A stretch of 64,000 nt of DNA, from positions 4,160,001 to 4,224,000 of the forward strand of contig OZ252098.1 in the NCBI GenBank assembly GCA_965248355.1. The letters run 5' to 3'. Source of the DNA: Candidatus Latescibacterota bacterium. GTDB taxonomy: Bacteria; Latescibacterota; UBA2968; UBA8231. The translations under genes were made by a program, and so were the position numbers. Under the pieces are notes generated by a model. That model did no database searches. It was given only the letters and a program-made list of their open reading frames with translations, and was not told the origin of the DNA. This document shows, piece after piece, positions 20,821 through 32,746 of the stretch; positions within the stretch are counted from its first letter, which is position 1, and each line of letters opens with the position of its first letter.

Positions 20821-22758
20821 GTGCGCCGGTCACACCGGCGAGGTGTAAGATGTGAAAGTCATCTGTGTCGAAGGTGTAGCGAACCACGACAGCCCCGAGT
20901 CATGCGTCGGTGCGGGTAACCGTAGTGGCGAAGCGTTGGCAGGGGGAGGTGTAGGTCCGGTATTGAGCCGCGAAAGCCATGAACCACTCCGGGAGGCCGA
21001 GACGGTGGAGGACGAGCGAAGGCCATACCTGACGCTGCGATATCGCGAGCGGTGTCGGGCTCCCGCGCGGTCAGAGACCCGGTGCATGCACCCAAGCACC
21101 TCGTGCGGGAACCGGGAGGTCCCGCGCCTGGCCCGGCCGGATGGCGGCCGGGTCCGCAAAAGGAACCCGTTCAGGGGACACTGGCGATGAACGGGCGCGG
21201 GAAGTCGGACAGCCCCATAGTACCTGCGAAGCCCTCGAACCAAGGCCGCGCGGCTGCGACGCGGCCGGCGGAGGGGGTGGAGGGAAGGGGGGGTTGCCCA
21301 AGGGCAACTCGGGCGAGCCCACCAGGTCCCGGACGCAGAGCCGGTCCGACCTGCAACAAGCGCTTGACCGGGTGCGCCAGGCAGCGGTTCGAGATCGGAA
21401 GGGGCAGTTCACGGCGCTCTGGCACCACGTCTACTGTGTGGATCGTCTCCGGCAGGCCTACTTCGGCCTGAAGCGCAACGCCGCCCCGGGGGTGGACCGC
21501 GTGACGTGGCACAGCTACGGCGAGGATCTGGAGGCGAACCTGACAGATCTGTCGGCGCGGCTGCGACGCGGAGCCTATCGAGCCCGGCCGGTGAGGCGGA
21601 CCTACATCCCGAAAGCGGATGGACGGCCGCGGCCCCTCGGCGTGACCGTGCTGGAGGACAAGATCGTCCAGCGGGCCACCGTGGAGGTGCTCAACGCCGT
21701 GTACGAGGCCGACTTTCTCGGATTCAGCTACGGTTTCCGCCCGGGACGCTCGCCGCACATGGCGCTGGACGCGCTGGCGGTGGGGATCCAGCAGCGGAAG
21801 GTGAACTGGGTGCTGGACGCAGACCTTCGTGGCTGCTTTGACGCCATCGACCACGATTGGCTGATGAAGTTCGTCGAGCACCGGATCCGCGACCGGCGCG
21901 TCCACCGCCACCTGAAGAAGTGGCTGAAGGCGGGCGTGCTGGAAGAGGGGCAGTGGCGGCAGGTGGAGGCGGGCGTGCCTCAGGGGTCCAGTGTAGGCCC
22001 TTTGTTGGCCAACGTCTACCTGCACTACGCCTTCGACCTGTGGGCCCAGGACTGGCGGCGGCGGCACGCGAGCGGGGACGTGGTCCTCGTGCGCTTCGCC
22101 GACGACATCGTCTGTGGGTTTCAGCAACGGTCGGATGCCGAACGCTTCCAAGCCGAGTTTCGCGTACGCCTGGCGAGGTTCGGCCTGGCGGTGAACCCCG
22201 AGAAGACGCGCCGGGTCGAGTTCGGCCGCTTTGCGGCGGCCAATCGACGGCGGCGCGGCGAGGGGAAACCCGAGACCTTCCACTTCCTCGGCTTCACGCA
22301 CAGTTGCGACAAGACGAAGAAGGGGAGGTTCATCGTGCTTCGGCAGACCCAGAAGACGCGCATGCGGCGCAAGCTGAAGGAGGTGAAAGCCGAACTTCGG
22401 CGACGGCTGCATGACCCCGTAGACGACGTAGGAGCGTACCTGCGGAGCGTGGTGGTCGGGCACTTCCGTTACTATGGGGTGCCTCGTAACGGTCCGGCGT
22501 TGAGCTCGTTCCGCCATGCCGCGGTCTGGCTGTGGTGGCGTAGCCTTGCAGCGACGGACCCAGCGTCACCGATCGCATCGCAAGCTCCTGCGGCGTTTCC
22601 GCGTATGGGTCGCGCACTTCATCCCCTCGGCGCATATCCTCCAGCCCTATCCCGAGCAGCGCCTGCGCGTCATGACCCAAGGGAGGAGCCCAGTGCGCTA
22701 ACCGCGCTCGCTGGGATCTGTGGAGGGGGCTGTGGGCAACCATGGTCCCTACTCCGAC
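20821..22758 (+). mobile_element. Group II intron copy 1 (En-minus bacterial type, probably class E/D-like)
   Basis: 5' GTGCG; domain V GAGCCCAGTGCGCTAACCGCGCTCGCTGGGATC; domain VI ending CCCTACTCCGAC; encodes an RT/maturase. Class assignment is tentative. Confidence 0.93.
21187..22701 (+). pseudogene. ltrA: Group II intron reverse transcriptase/maturase with two frameshifts
   Basis: APGVD, YIPKADG..RPLG, SYGFRPGRS, GVPQGS, RFADD and FLGF motifs. Relative to copy 2 it has two extra G at ~21287-21293 and one extra base at ~22547. Confidence 0.88.
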
Positions 22759-23692
22759 TTACGCTTCCGCTTCGATTTCGTCGATGAGTTCCTTGAGACG
22801 AGCATAGTTCGTCCGCATCGCATCGACGGGGGAACCACCGGGGGGACGGAAATGGGTCGCCACCGCCAGCACCGCGTCGCATCGGTAGTCGCGCAATTGA
22901 CGCAGGACCGCTCTGAAATCCACATCCCCATCGCCGATGGGACGGTACTCGAATTGCAGATGCTCACCATCGGCGAGGTGCAGGTCCTTTGATGTGGAGC
23001 CCGTGCAGATATGGCCGCACATTGTCGAAACCGGCAGAGGTCACATCCGCCTCGCCGCAGTTGAGGTTGTCGGCCGGACCCCACATGACCTTGATTCTCG
23101 GTGAGCCGACGCTTTCCGCAACGCGCCGGAAGTTCCCGGTCGTGTTGGTGTAATTCCAGGGCATCATGGAGAGGGCAACATCGACGTCGTATTTCTCGGC
23201 TTGCTCCACGACCAGCGAGAACGCCTTCACCAGTTTCTCCATATCCGCATCGGCGATGATGCCACCGCGGGTGTGCCAGCGCATCGGCCAAGTGGGCTTG
23301 CCGCCGCCGTACTCCCCGGGCCAGGCAAAGGTGAACGAACAGACAGCGCCGACTCCCAGGCGGGAGGCGATCTGCATCGCGCGGACCAGATTGTCGAAGT
23401 CACAGCGGAATTCCGGATGCTCCTGCATCCCATCCAGGTCGAGCTCGGTCAGGTGCACCTTCTTGAACGAGTTTTCCGCCGCTATGAGGTGGAGCTTGAG
23501 GCCGTGGTTGGACACGCGGGCAGCCATGTCGTCTACCTGGGCATCGGTCATTTCGGCGATCGGGGTCTCATCGCGCAAGCGCGGGAACCAGACGTACTCG
23601 GCACCGATATCCTTCGCCGTAGCCAGGGCCTGGTCAAAGGGCAGGTCCAATTCGGGTAAGTACATGCCGAGCTTGAACCGGTAATCTGCCAT
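22759..23692 (-). pseudogene. Sugar phosphate isomerase/epimerase (xylose isomerase-like TIM barrel), frameshifted
   Basis: HGLHIK continues in a second frame as DLHL...PIGDGDVDF; extra A at ~22988-22990. The TAA stop abuts the intron 1 3' end. Confidence 0.8.
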
Positions 23693-23811
23693 CAGTTACC
23701 TCCTGAACGTAGTGGGTGAAGACGCCGATCAGGTCGCAATTGCTCCCTCCTGTTCAAGCTAGCGTTTGAAATTGAATCGCCCCGAGTTTTCCGGAGACTC
23801 GGTTGTTTGAG

Positions 23812-25034
<1,223 letters not shown>

Positions 25035-25210
25035 GACTCCAATCCTCTCAAGAAATGGAGCCTCCGGCAACCCCGGGGCGGTTCACTCGACGGGAGGCGA
25101 GGGTTTTGGTGACTTCGCCTCTCACGAGGGTCAGTTGATCCTCAACCGGGATCGCACCTGGCCGCGGGCGGGAATGCGCCTACGGCCGCGAGGGGACTGA
25201 GCCTCGATCG

Positions 25211-25245
25211 GAGGCGAGGGCTTCGGCTCTCGCCTCTTTCTTGTT
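25211..25245 (+). terminator. Probable intrinsic terminator
   Basis: Stem GAGGCGAGGGC/GCTCTCGCCTC with a TTCG loop, followed by TTTCTTGTT. Confidence 0.55.
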
Positions 25246-25257
25246 CTGCCCACGGAC

Positions 25258-25469
25258 CGACAGACCGATACGAGTGCAGAGCTTGCTGTGAGGGCTTTGT
25301 GCAGGGAAGTTGGATTGGCCTATCGGATCAGCAACCGTGACCTTCCTGGAAGCCCAGACATAGCCAACCGATCCAAGAAATGGGCGATCTTCGTCAACGG
25401 ATGTTTCTGGCATGCCCACCGGAACTGCCGTCGCCTTGCCCCGGGCCGCGACCACACGCCAAGGACTAA
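25258..25469 (+). pseudogene. vsr: Very short patch repair endonuclease fragment
   Basis: RQTDTSAELAVR...LPGSPDI...FVNGCFWHAH; cut at the ISAzo13 end. Confidence 0.8.
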
Positions 25470-26766
25470 GGCTTTGTCCCGAAACAGATGATTCACTTCA
25501 ACCCTCAGTGGCCGGCCGGATCGTGTAGTTCCAATCCCCGTGGAACGCATGGGGCGAGAGATGGATCCGCTCCATTTGCTCGTCCTTGACGACCACGGCC
25601 TTGGGATACGCTCGCTTGTCGATCTCGGCGCGCACGCGAAGCCCTTTCTTCGTTGTCGTCCGGCCGATCAGGTTGACTACCGTGGCCAGACTGACCAGAG
25701 GTTGGCCTCGCCAGTTCATGGCGATATAGGAGAACAGGCGATGCTCGATGCGGTTCCACTTGCTCGTGCCCGGAGGATAGTGGCAGACCGTGATCGTCAG
25801 GCCCGTGCGATCGGCCAAGCGCTGCCATTCCCATTTCCACAGCCGCAGTCTCGGACCGTTGCGGCCCCCCGCATCGGCCGTGATCCACAGGTGCGAGGCC
25901 GCCGGGTAGGCCGGACGACCCATGCGTTTCCACCAGCTGCGGATGGCGTTCACCGCGAAGTGGGCGGTGTCGTGGTCGACGCCGACGCTGACCCAGCCCT
26001 CGTTGCGGCCCAGGTCGTAGACCCCGTAGGGAATCGCCTGGCCCTGGGCCGGGATGATGAAGTCGTGGACCTTCACGCGCTCCGGCTCGCCCTTCGGACG
26101 CCATTGGCGACCCACGTTCTTGAAGTCGCCGATCAGCTCCTTCTTCTTGGTGTCCACCGAAATGACCGGCTGGCCTTGGGCCTGGGCCCTTCGGACCTGG
26201 TCGTGGAGGTAGTGAAACGGGGCGTCCCGATCCGGGTGTTGCGTGCCTTCTTTCGTCTTGCGATTCGCCTGCAGCGTGTAGCCGAGCTCGTGCAACAGTC
26301 CGTGGACGAGGCCAGGACTCACCGAATGGCCCAGGGCCTGCAACTCGACCGCCAACTTGCGGACGCTCTTCGACGTCCATCGCAAGGGGCTGTCGTCCGG
26401 CGCCCCGGCGGTGACCGGCTCGAGCAGGGCGTTGAGGTCCGACAACAGCGTCACGTCGGTGTCGACGCGCCGCTTGCGGCCGCCGCCCGGCCGACGCACA
26501 CGGCCGGAGTCCAACGGGGCGTCCGACCGCAGTTCCTGCAGGCCGCGAGCGATCCGGGTCCGCGACAGGCCCGTCGCACGGGCCACCACCGCAATGCCGC
26601 CATGTCCCAGGGCTTGCGCCTCCGACGCGGCCCACAAGCGTCGCGTGCGCTCGTTCAACACCGGCGTCAAGGCTTCGTATTTCGCCCGCAGGGTGCTTTC
26701 CGTGTCCACCCGTCAAGGATAACACCTTTCTATCAGAAAGAACAGCGTTTATTTCTGCGCAGTGCC
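25470..26766 (-). mobile_element. ISAzo13 family insertion sequence
   Basis: Imperfect inverted repeats GGCTTTGTCCCGAAACAGA / GGCACTGCGCAGAAATAAA with TAA on both sides. Confidence 0.85.
25498..26709 (-). CDS. ISAzo13 family transposase
   Basis: LNERTRRLWAASEA, WTSKS, ISVDTKKKEL, PPGTSKWNRIEHRLF and FHGDWNYTI motifs. Confidence 0.93.
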   Translation of the reverse strand: MDTESTLRAKYEALTPVLNERTRRLWAASEAQALGHGGIAVVARATGLSRTRIARGLQELRSDAPLDSGRVRRPGGGRKRRVDTDVTLLSDLNALLEPVTAGAPDDSPLRWTSKSVRKLAVELQALGHSVSPGLVHGLLHELGYTLQANRKTKEGTQHPDRDAPFHYLHDQVRRAQAQGQPVISVDTKKKELIGDFKNVGRQWRPKGEPERVKVHDFIIPAQGQAIPYGVYDLGRNEGWVSVGVDHDTAHFAVNAIRSWWKRMGRPAYPAASHLWITADAGGRNGPRLRLWKWEWQRLADRTGLTITVCHYPPGTSKWNRIEHRLFSYIAMNWRGQPLVSLATVVNLIGRTTTKKGLRVRAEIDKRAYPKAVVVKDEQMERIHLSPHAFHGDWNYTIRPATEG

Positions 26767-27014
26767 TAAGTGGTTGATTGCGTTACGTGGTCCGGCAGCG
26801 GTGACCCGACGAAGATGATGTCGACATCGCTGCCCAGGAGATCCTCGAACCGGGTATAGGCCTGGGGAATATTGTACCTGTCGGCGATGGGCCGAACGGT
26901 CTCTTCGTGGCGGGTGCAGAACGCCGCCACCTCCGTCTCCGGCATCACCCTGAAACACTGGAGTGCCCCTTCCCCGCGCTTGCCCACGAATCCGACCTTG
27001 AGTGGCAGGTTCAT
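26767..27014 (-). pseudogene. Gfo/Idh/MocA oxidoreductase N-terminal fragment truncated by ISAzo13
   Basis: LKVGFVG...YTRFEDLL..DVDIIFVGSP..H, ending at the IS boundary. Confidence 0.8.
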
Positions 27015-28048
27015 CAGACGTTGTCTCCAAACTGTTCGATGCTGGCCGGCAACTCGCCATCGGGCAGGTAGAAGTCCGCGCTCAAATCTACGGCGACCGG
27101 CTGATTGGTCTGCATCGCTTCCACCGCTTTTTCGACGATGAGCGTGGGGATGCAGGCTTCCCAAACATCCATGGGGCTTTCACCACCGTCAAGGCAGTAC
27201 TTCGCAAACATCTCCATCTCTTCATCGAAGCCGTTGTGATAGGCATTCTCTTCGATGCCAGGCTCATCGGTTCCCTGGAAGATGAGATTGCCAAAGCGGA
27301 CGGTCGCGGCGCTGATCGGTCCGGCCATGACCTCGGCGTAATGCTTGGGCAGATATCCACCCTGGCCGACGACGCCGTACACGGAGGTGGCGAGCCCGCC
27401 GTTGGCGAAACGGATATTGATAGTGCTGGTGTTGCTCGGTTCACCACCGTACCCCATGGCGTTGATTTCGACCGGCTGTGAACGCATGACATGCCAGATC
27501 CAGTGGAGGTTGTAACCGGCCGCATCGAGTACGCCATTGCACCCCAGGGGCCCCTCGGGATCATTCGGTTTGGCGTTCTCGTAGCGCGTGCTCGAGAGTC
27601 GGCACAGGAACAGGACGAAATACGGTTGAGGGATGACCTCGCGCAGTCGTTTGGTAACCGGTGAGTGTTTGAACCACCAGCCACCCATGAGCTTGACTCC
27701 TGACTCGTGGACGGCCTGCTGCAGACGCCGGGCTTCGTCGAGGGTGATGGCCAACGGTTTCTCGGCGTAGATGTGCTTGCCGGCGGCGCAGGCGTCGATC
27801 GCTATCTCGGCGTGGGTATCGTGAGTCGAGAAGATGAGGACCGCATCGATGGAATCGTCCGCGAGGACGCGCTCCATGTCGGTGGTGTGGTAGGAGGCGC
27901 CGTACTCCTCCGCACGACGTCGAGCAGCCTCTTCCGAGATGTCCATGGTGGCGACCAGGTGCATGTCGGGTGACTCGAGCACCCTTGGCAGGTGGGCGCC
28001 GCTTATTCCGCCGCAGCCGATGGCGGCCACATTGAGACGGGTGGTCAT
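27014..28048 (-). CDS. Gfo/Idh/MocA oxidoreductase
   Basis: IGCGGI, AGKHIYAEKPLA. Confidence 0.9.
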   Translation of the reverse strand: MTTRLNVAAIGCGGISGAHLPRVLESPDMHLVATMDISEEAARRRAEEYGASYHTTDMERVLADDSIDAVLIFSTHDTHAEIAIDACAAGKHIYAEKPLAITLDEARRLQQAVHESGVKLMGGWWFKHSPVTKRLREVIPQPYFVLFLCRLSSTRYENAKPNDPEGPLGCNGVLDAAGYNLHWIWHVMRSQPVEINAMGYGGEPSNTSTINIRFANGGLATSVYGVVGQGGYLPKHYAEVMAGPISAATVRFGNLIFQGTDEPGIEENAYHNGFDEEMEMFAKYCLDGGESPMDVWEACIPTLIVEKAVEAMQTNQPVAVDLSADFYLPDGELPASIEQFGDNV

Positions 28049-28189
28049 GACAGCTCCGTGCGCCGGCTAAACCGGCGAGGTGTAAGATGTGAGAGTCATC
28101 TGTGTCGAAGGTGTAGCGAACCACGACAGCCCCGAGTCATGCGTCGCGTCGGGTAACCGACGAGGCGAAGCGTTGGCAGGGGGAGGTGT

Positions 28190-29585
28190 GAGGTCGTGTC
28201 AAAAGGTGTGTAAACGAGATCAGGCGGCCCTCTTGTTCCCTTCCCTGGTAGAGGCGTCCTCTTGGATCGGTTTTCCGTCCTGGTATCTCCGACCGGCGTA
28301 GACCGCCGGCAGGAGCTCGGGCGCGTTGAGCTTGCGGAATCGTGTCTCGGCCACCCTCAGCAGGCGCCAGATGAGGGCGGTGGCCCCCTGGACTCGCTTG
28401 TAGCGCTTGCCCGCGTTGGTCCGCAGACGGACCGAGGCAAAGGGGCTCTCCACCGGGTTCGTCGTTCGCAGATGTTTCCAGTGCGCCTCCGGGAAATCGT
28501 AAAACGTGACCATGCGATCCCAGTCGCGCTCGAGGGTGGCCGCCGCGGCCGGATAGGCCTCGCCGTAGCGAGCCACGAAGCGATCGCGTCGTCTCTGGGC
28601 TTGCTGACGGGTCTTGGCCGTGGGGATCTGCGTCAGCAGCGCCCGGGCGGCGCCCTGCACGCGCTTGGGCAGGTCGTCGAGGACGTTGAGGATCTTGTGA
28701 TTCCAGCAGCGCTGCTGCGCGGCCTCGGGCCAGACCTGGTCGACGGCGCTCCAGATCGGCAGGCCGCCATCGGCCAGCATCAGGCGCGGCGCCGGCAGCC
28801 CGCGGTCGCGAAGATCGCGCAGCACGGCTCGCCACGACTCGGTGGACTCGCGATGGCCGGGCCGTATCGCCAGGATCTCCTTGCGGCCGTCGCTCAGGGC
28901 CCCGATGACGACCAGCAACGCCGCCTTGTCCTTCTCCAGGCCGGCCTTCACGTAGATGCCGTCGGCCCAGGCGTAGACCAACTCCCGGTCGTCCAGGCGC
29001 CGCTGCTGCCAGGTCTCGAACTGCTCTTCCCAGGTGGCCCGCAGACGGGCGATGGACGAGGGCGACAGAGGCGCCCCGTCGCCCAGCAGGCCCCGCAAGG
29101 CCAGCTCGAAGTCGCCCTGCGACAGCCCGTGCAGGTAGAGTTCGGGCAGCAGCCGGGTCACCTCCTGCGTGCGTCGCTGGAACAGCGGCAGGATGCGGCT
29201 CTCAAAGCGCTCCTCCAGGCCTCGAATCCGCGGCCGTCTCACCTCGATGGGGCCCGACATCAGCGCCAGCCGCCGCGGCTTGCCGTAGCCGTTGCGCGAG
29301 CCCGGGGCGTCCACCGCCGACCGGCGCGCATACCGCGTACGCCCGAGCGCTTCGGTCACCTCCTCCTCCAGGATCCGCTGCAGCAGGTCCTGGATCCAGC
29401 CCCGGACCCATCCTTCCAAGGTCTCCCAGGTGGGCATGGACGCGCGGGGGATCTCCAACATAGATTCCTTCACGGCGACTCTCTCCTTCCAAGCCCGGCG
29501 TCATCCGGGCGGTTTGTGGTGTGCTGCTAAAATAGGAAGGGTAGGGTCGCCTTTTCTCTTTTTCCACACCTTTCGATAGTAACTC
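28190..29585 (-). mobile_element. IS256 family insertion sequence inside intron 2 domain I
   Basis: 25-bp imperfect inverted repeats (GAGGTCGTGTCAAAAGGTGTG / GAGTTACTATCGAAAGGTGTG); 8-bp target duplication GGAGGTGT at 28182-28189 and 29586-29593. Confidence 0.95.
28220..29473 (-). CDS. IS256 family transposase
   Basis: RNGYG, WADGIY, ESTESW, LADGG, QRCWNH and RTTNPVES motifs. Confidence 0.93.
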   Translation of the reverse strand: MKESMLEIPRASMPTWETLEGWVRGWIQDLLQRILEEEVTEALGRTRYARRSAVDAPGSRNGYGKPRRLALMSGPIEVRRPRIRGLEERFESRILPLFQRRTQEVTRLLPELYLHGLSQGDFELALRGLLGDGAPLSPSSIARLRATWEEQFETWQQRRLDDRELVYAWADGIYVKAGLEKDKAALLVVIGALSDGRKEILAIRPGHRESTESWRAVLRDLRDRGLPAPRLMLADGGLPIWSAVDQVWPEAAQQRCWNHKILNVLDDLPKRVQGAARALLTQIPTAKTRQQAQRRRDRFVARYGEAYPAAAATLERDWDRMVTFYDFPEAHWKHLRTTNPVESPFASVRLRTNAGKRYKRVQGATALIWRLLRVAETRFRKLNAPELLPAVYAGRRYQDGKPIQEDASTREGNKRAA

Positions 29586-30030
29586 GGAGGTGTAGGTCCG
29601 GTATTGAGCCGCGAAAGACATGAACCACTCCAGGGGGCCGAGACGCTGGAGACCGAACGAAGGCCATATCCGGCGCCGCGATATCGCGAGTGGCGCTGGG
29701 CCCCTGCGCGGTCAGAGACCCGGAGCATGCACCCAAGCACCTCGTGCGGGAGCCGGGAGGTCCCGCGTCTGGCCCCGGTCGATGGCGACGGGGTCCGCAA
29801 AGGGAACCCGAATAGGGGATACCGGCGATGAACGGGCGCGGGAAGTCGGACTGCTCCGCAGTACCTGCGAGCCGGAAGTGTACCCCGTCAACTGGACAGG
29901 AATTGGGCTTGTACAAGCGAGAGTCTCGAGATGTAATGGAGCCGTACTGCGCCCCGGCGCTGGGACCGAAGCCCCGCCTCCCGGACTTGCACCCAGGCCG
30001 GGCCACCGAGGCCGTGAGGAGCCCCCGCGC

Positions 30031-30858
30031 TCAGGCCGCCCGGTGGTAGACATCGCTGGGGGTCTCGTAGTCGAAGGCCTGGTGCGGCCGCTCGAGGTTG
30101 TAGAAGCGGAAGTAGGCCGCCACGCCCTCGATCAACTCGGGGACGCTGTCGTAGGCCTTCAGGTAGATGTCCTCGTACTTCAGGGAGCGCCACAGCCGCT
30201 CGATGAAGATGTTGTCCAGCACCCGGCCGCGGCCGTCCATGCTCACCCGGGCCCCGGCCGCCTCGACCCGCCCGGTGAAGGCGGTGCTGGTGAACTGGGC
30301 CCCCTGGTCGGTGTTGAAGATCTCCGGCCGCCCCTGGCTCAGGGCTTCCTCCAGGGCCTCCAGGCAGAAGGCCGCGTCGAGGGTGTTGGAGACCCGCCAG
30401 GCCAGCACGTAGCGGCTGAACCAGTCCATGACCGCCACCAGGTAGACGAAGCCGGAGGGCATCGGCAGATAGGTGATGTCGCTGCACCACACCTGGTCCG
30501 GCCGGTTCACGGTCACCCCTCGCAGCAGATACGGATAGACCCGGTGCTGAGGGTTGGGGGTAGTCGGTCGCGGCCGGGGATAGATCGCCTGCAGGCCCAG
30601 GGCCTTCATCAGGCGGTGCACGCGCTTGGGATTGACCGGGTAGCCGTCCCGCCTCAGGGCCGCGCAGATCCGGCGCACGCCGTAGACCGGGTGCTCGGTG
30701 TAGATCCGGTCGATGGCGTTCATCAGGTCGAGGGTGAGCCGATCCGGCGCCTCCGGGCGGTAGTAGAAACTGGAGCGGGCCAGCCCGAGCAGTTGGCACT
30801 GCCGATGCACGCTCAGCGGGCCGGGGTGCGGCTCGATGAGGGCGCGGCGCTCAGCCAC
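30031..30858 (-). CDS. IS3 transposase OrfB
   Basis: [30 protein letters not shown] and [11 protein letters not shown] motifs. Confidence 0.92.
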   Translation of the reverse strand: MAERRALIEPHPGPLSVHRQCQLLGLARSSFYYRPEAPDRLTLDLMNAIDRIYTEHPVYGVRRICAALRRDGYPVNPKRVHRLMKALGLQAIYPRPRPTTPNPQHRVYPYLLRGVTVNRPDQVWCSDITYLPMPSGFVYLVAVMDWFSRYVLAWRVSNTLDAAFCLEALEEALSQGRPEIFNTDQGAQFTSTAFTGRVEAAGARVSMDGRGRVLDNIFIERLWRSLKYEDIYLKAYDSVPELIEGVAAYFRFYNLERPHQAFDYETPSDVYHRAA

Positions 30859-31145
30859 CGAGAGCCTCGTGTTTTTTTTGAAGCCACTCCAGTTCCATCT
30901 GCAGCCGCCCGATCTGCTGGTAGAGCTCGGGCACCAAGGCGGCCTCGTCGTCGGCCCGGCGGGTCCCGGGGCCCCGGAAGACCTCGGGCAGCCGCTCCAG
31001 CAACTGCTTCTTCCAGCCGTGGATCTGGCTGGGGTGGACGGAGAACTTGTGGGCCAGCTCGTTGACTGTCTGCCGTTCGCGCAGAGCCTCCAAGGCCACC
31101 TTGGCCTTGAACTGCGCCGAATGCGTCTTGCGTTTCCTCGTCATC
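30851..31145 (-). CDS. IS3 transposase OrfA
   Basis: [14 protein letters not shown] and [15 protein letters not shown] motifs; start position approximate. Confidence 0.88.
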
Positions 31146-32746
31146 CAAGCCCCTCCGGACAGTGGGTCGGTGGACGCAAAGTCTCGCTTAGCCACCTGTC
31201 CAGGATTTGGGGTACACTACCGCCCTCGAACAACGGCGGCGTGGCTGTCACGGCGCCGGCGGAGGGGGTGGAGGGAAGGGGGCAGCCCAAGGGCAACTCG
31301 GGGGAGCAAACCAGGTCCCGGGCGCAGATCCGGAGCGACCTGCAACATGCGCTCGACCGGGTACGTCAGGCAGCGGAACGTGATAGGGAACAGCAGTTTG
31401 CGGCGCTCTGGCACCACGTCTACCACGTTGACCGACTTCGGGAGGCCTACCTCGGCCTCAGGCGCAAGGCCGCACCGGGGGTGGACGGCGTGACGTGGCA
31501 CAGCTACGGGAAGGATCTGGAGGCGAACCTGACAGATCTCTCGTTGCGGCTGCAACGCGGAGCGTACCGAGCCAAGCCGGTGAAGCGGACCTACATCCCG
31601 AAGGAGGATGGACGGCAGCGGCCCCTCGGCGTGACCGTGCTGGAAGACAAGATCGTCCAGCGCGCCACCGTGGAGGTGCTCAACGCCGTGTACGAGGTCG
31701 ACTTTCTCGGTTTCAGCTATGGTTTCCGCCCGGACCGCTCGCCGCACATGGCGCTGGACGCGCTGGCGGTGGGCATCCAGCAGCGGAAGGTGAACTGGGT
31801 GATCGACGCGGACATTCGAGGTTGCTACAATGCCATCGACCACGAGTGGCTGATGAGGTTCGTCGAGCACCGGGTGAGCGACCGGCAGGTCCGGCGGCAC
31901 ATCAAGAAGTGGCTGAACGCCGGGGTGCTGGAAGAAGGGGAGTGGCGGCGAGCGGAGGAAGGTGTGCCGCAGGGCTCCAGTGTCGGGCCCTTGCTGGCCA
32001 ACGTCTACCTCCACTACGCCTTCGACCTGTGGGTCCAGGACTGGCGTCGACGGCACGCGCGCGGGGATGTGGTGCTCGTACGCTTCGCCGACGACATCGT
32101 CTGCGGGTTTCAGCACCGGTCGGATGCCGAGCGCTTCCAGGCCGAGTTTCGCGCGCGACTGGCGAAGTTCGGTCGGGAACTGAACCCCGAGAAGACGCGC
32201 CTGATCGAGTTCGGCCGCTTTGCGGTGGAGAATCGACGACGGCGCGGCGACGGGAAGCCCGAGACCTTCAACTTCCTCGGCTTCACGCACAGCTGCGACA
32301 AGACGAGGAAAGGGAAGTTCATCGTGCTTCGGCAGACCCAGAAGAAGCGCATGCGGCGCAAGCTGAGGGAGGTGAAAGCCAGACTTCGGCAACGGCTGCA
32401 TGATCCCGTCGAGGAGGTGGGGGTGTACTTGCGCAGCGTGGTGACCGGGCACTTCCGCTACTACGGAGTGCCCCGCAATGGCCCGGCGTTGACCTCGTTC
32501 CGGCATGCCGTGGTTCGCCTGTGGGGACGCAGTCTTCAGCGCCGCAGCCAACGCCACCGCTCGCAGCGCAGGCTGCGCCGCCGCTTCTGGCGATGGGTGG
32601 ACCGCTTCATCCCTTCGGCGCGTATCCTCCAACCGTATCCCGAGCAGCGCCTGCGAGTCATGACCCAAGGGAGGAGCCCAGTGCGTTAACCGCGCTCGCT
32701 GGGATCTGTGGAGGGGGCTGTGGGTAACCATGGTCCCTACTCCGAC

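Larger units (their letters stand above)
29874..31221 (-). mobile_element. IS3 family insertion sequence inside intron 2 ORF
   Basis: Inverted repeats GGAAGTGTACCCCGTCAACTGGACAGG / GGTAGTGTACCCCAAATCCTGGACAGG; apparent GCC 3-bp duplication; A8 slippery run at ~30872-30879. Confidence 0.9.
29828..32689 (+). pseudogene. ltrA: Group II intron RT/maturase (copy 2), 5' end disrupted by IS3
   Basis: MNGRGKSD start at 29828; RT body resumes at ~31225 with RFADD and GVPQGS and runs uninterrupted to QGRSPVR. Confidence 0.88.
28058..32746 (+). mobile_element. Group II intron copy 2, interrupted by IS256 and IS3
   Basis: 5' GTGCGCCGG and 3' CCCTACTCCGAC as in copy 1. Length after removing both IS and their duplications is 1934 bp, against 1938 bp for copy 1. 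Confidence 0.92.
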
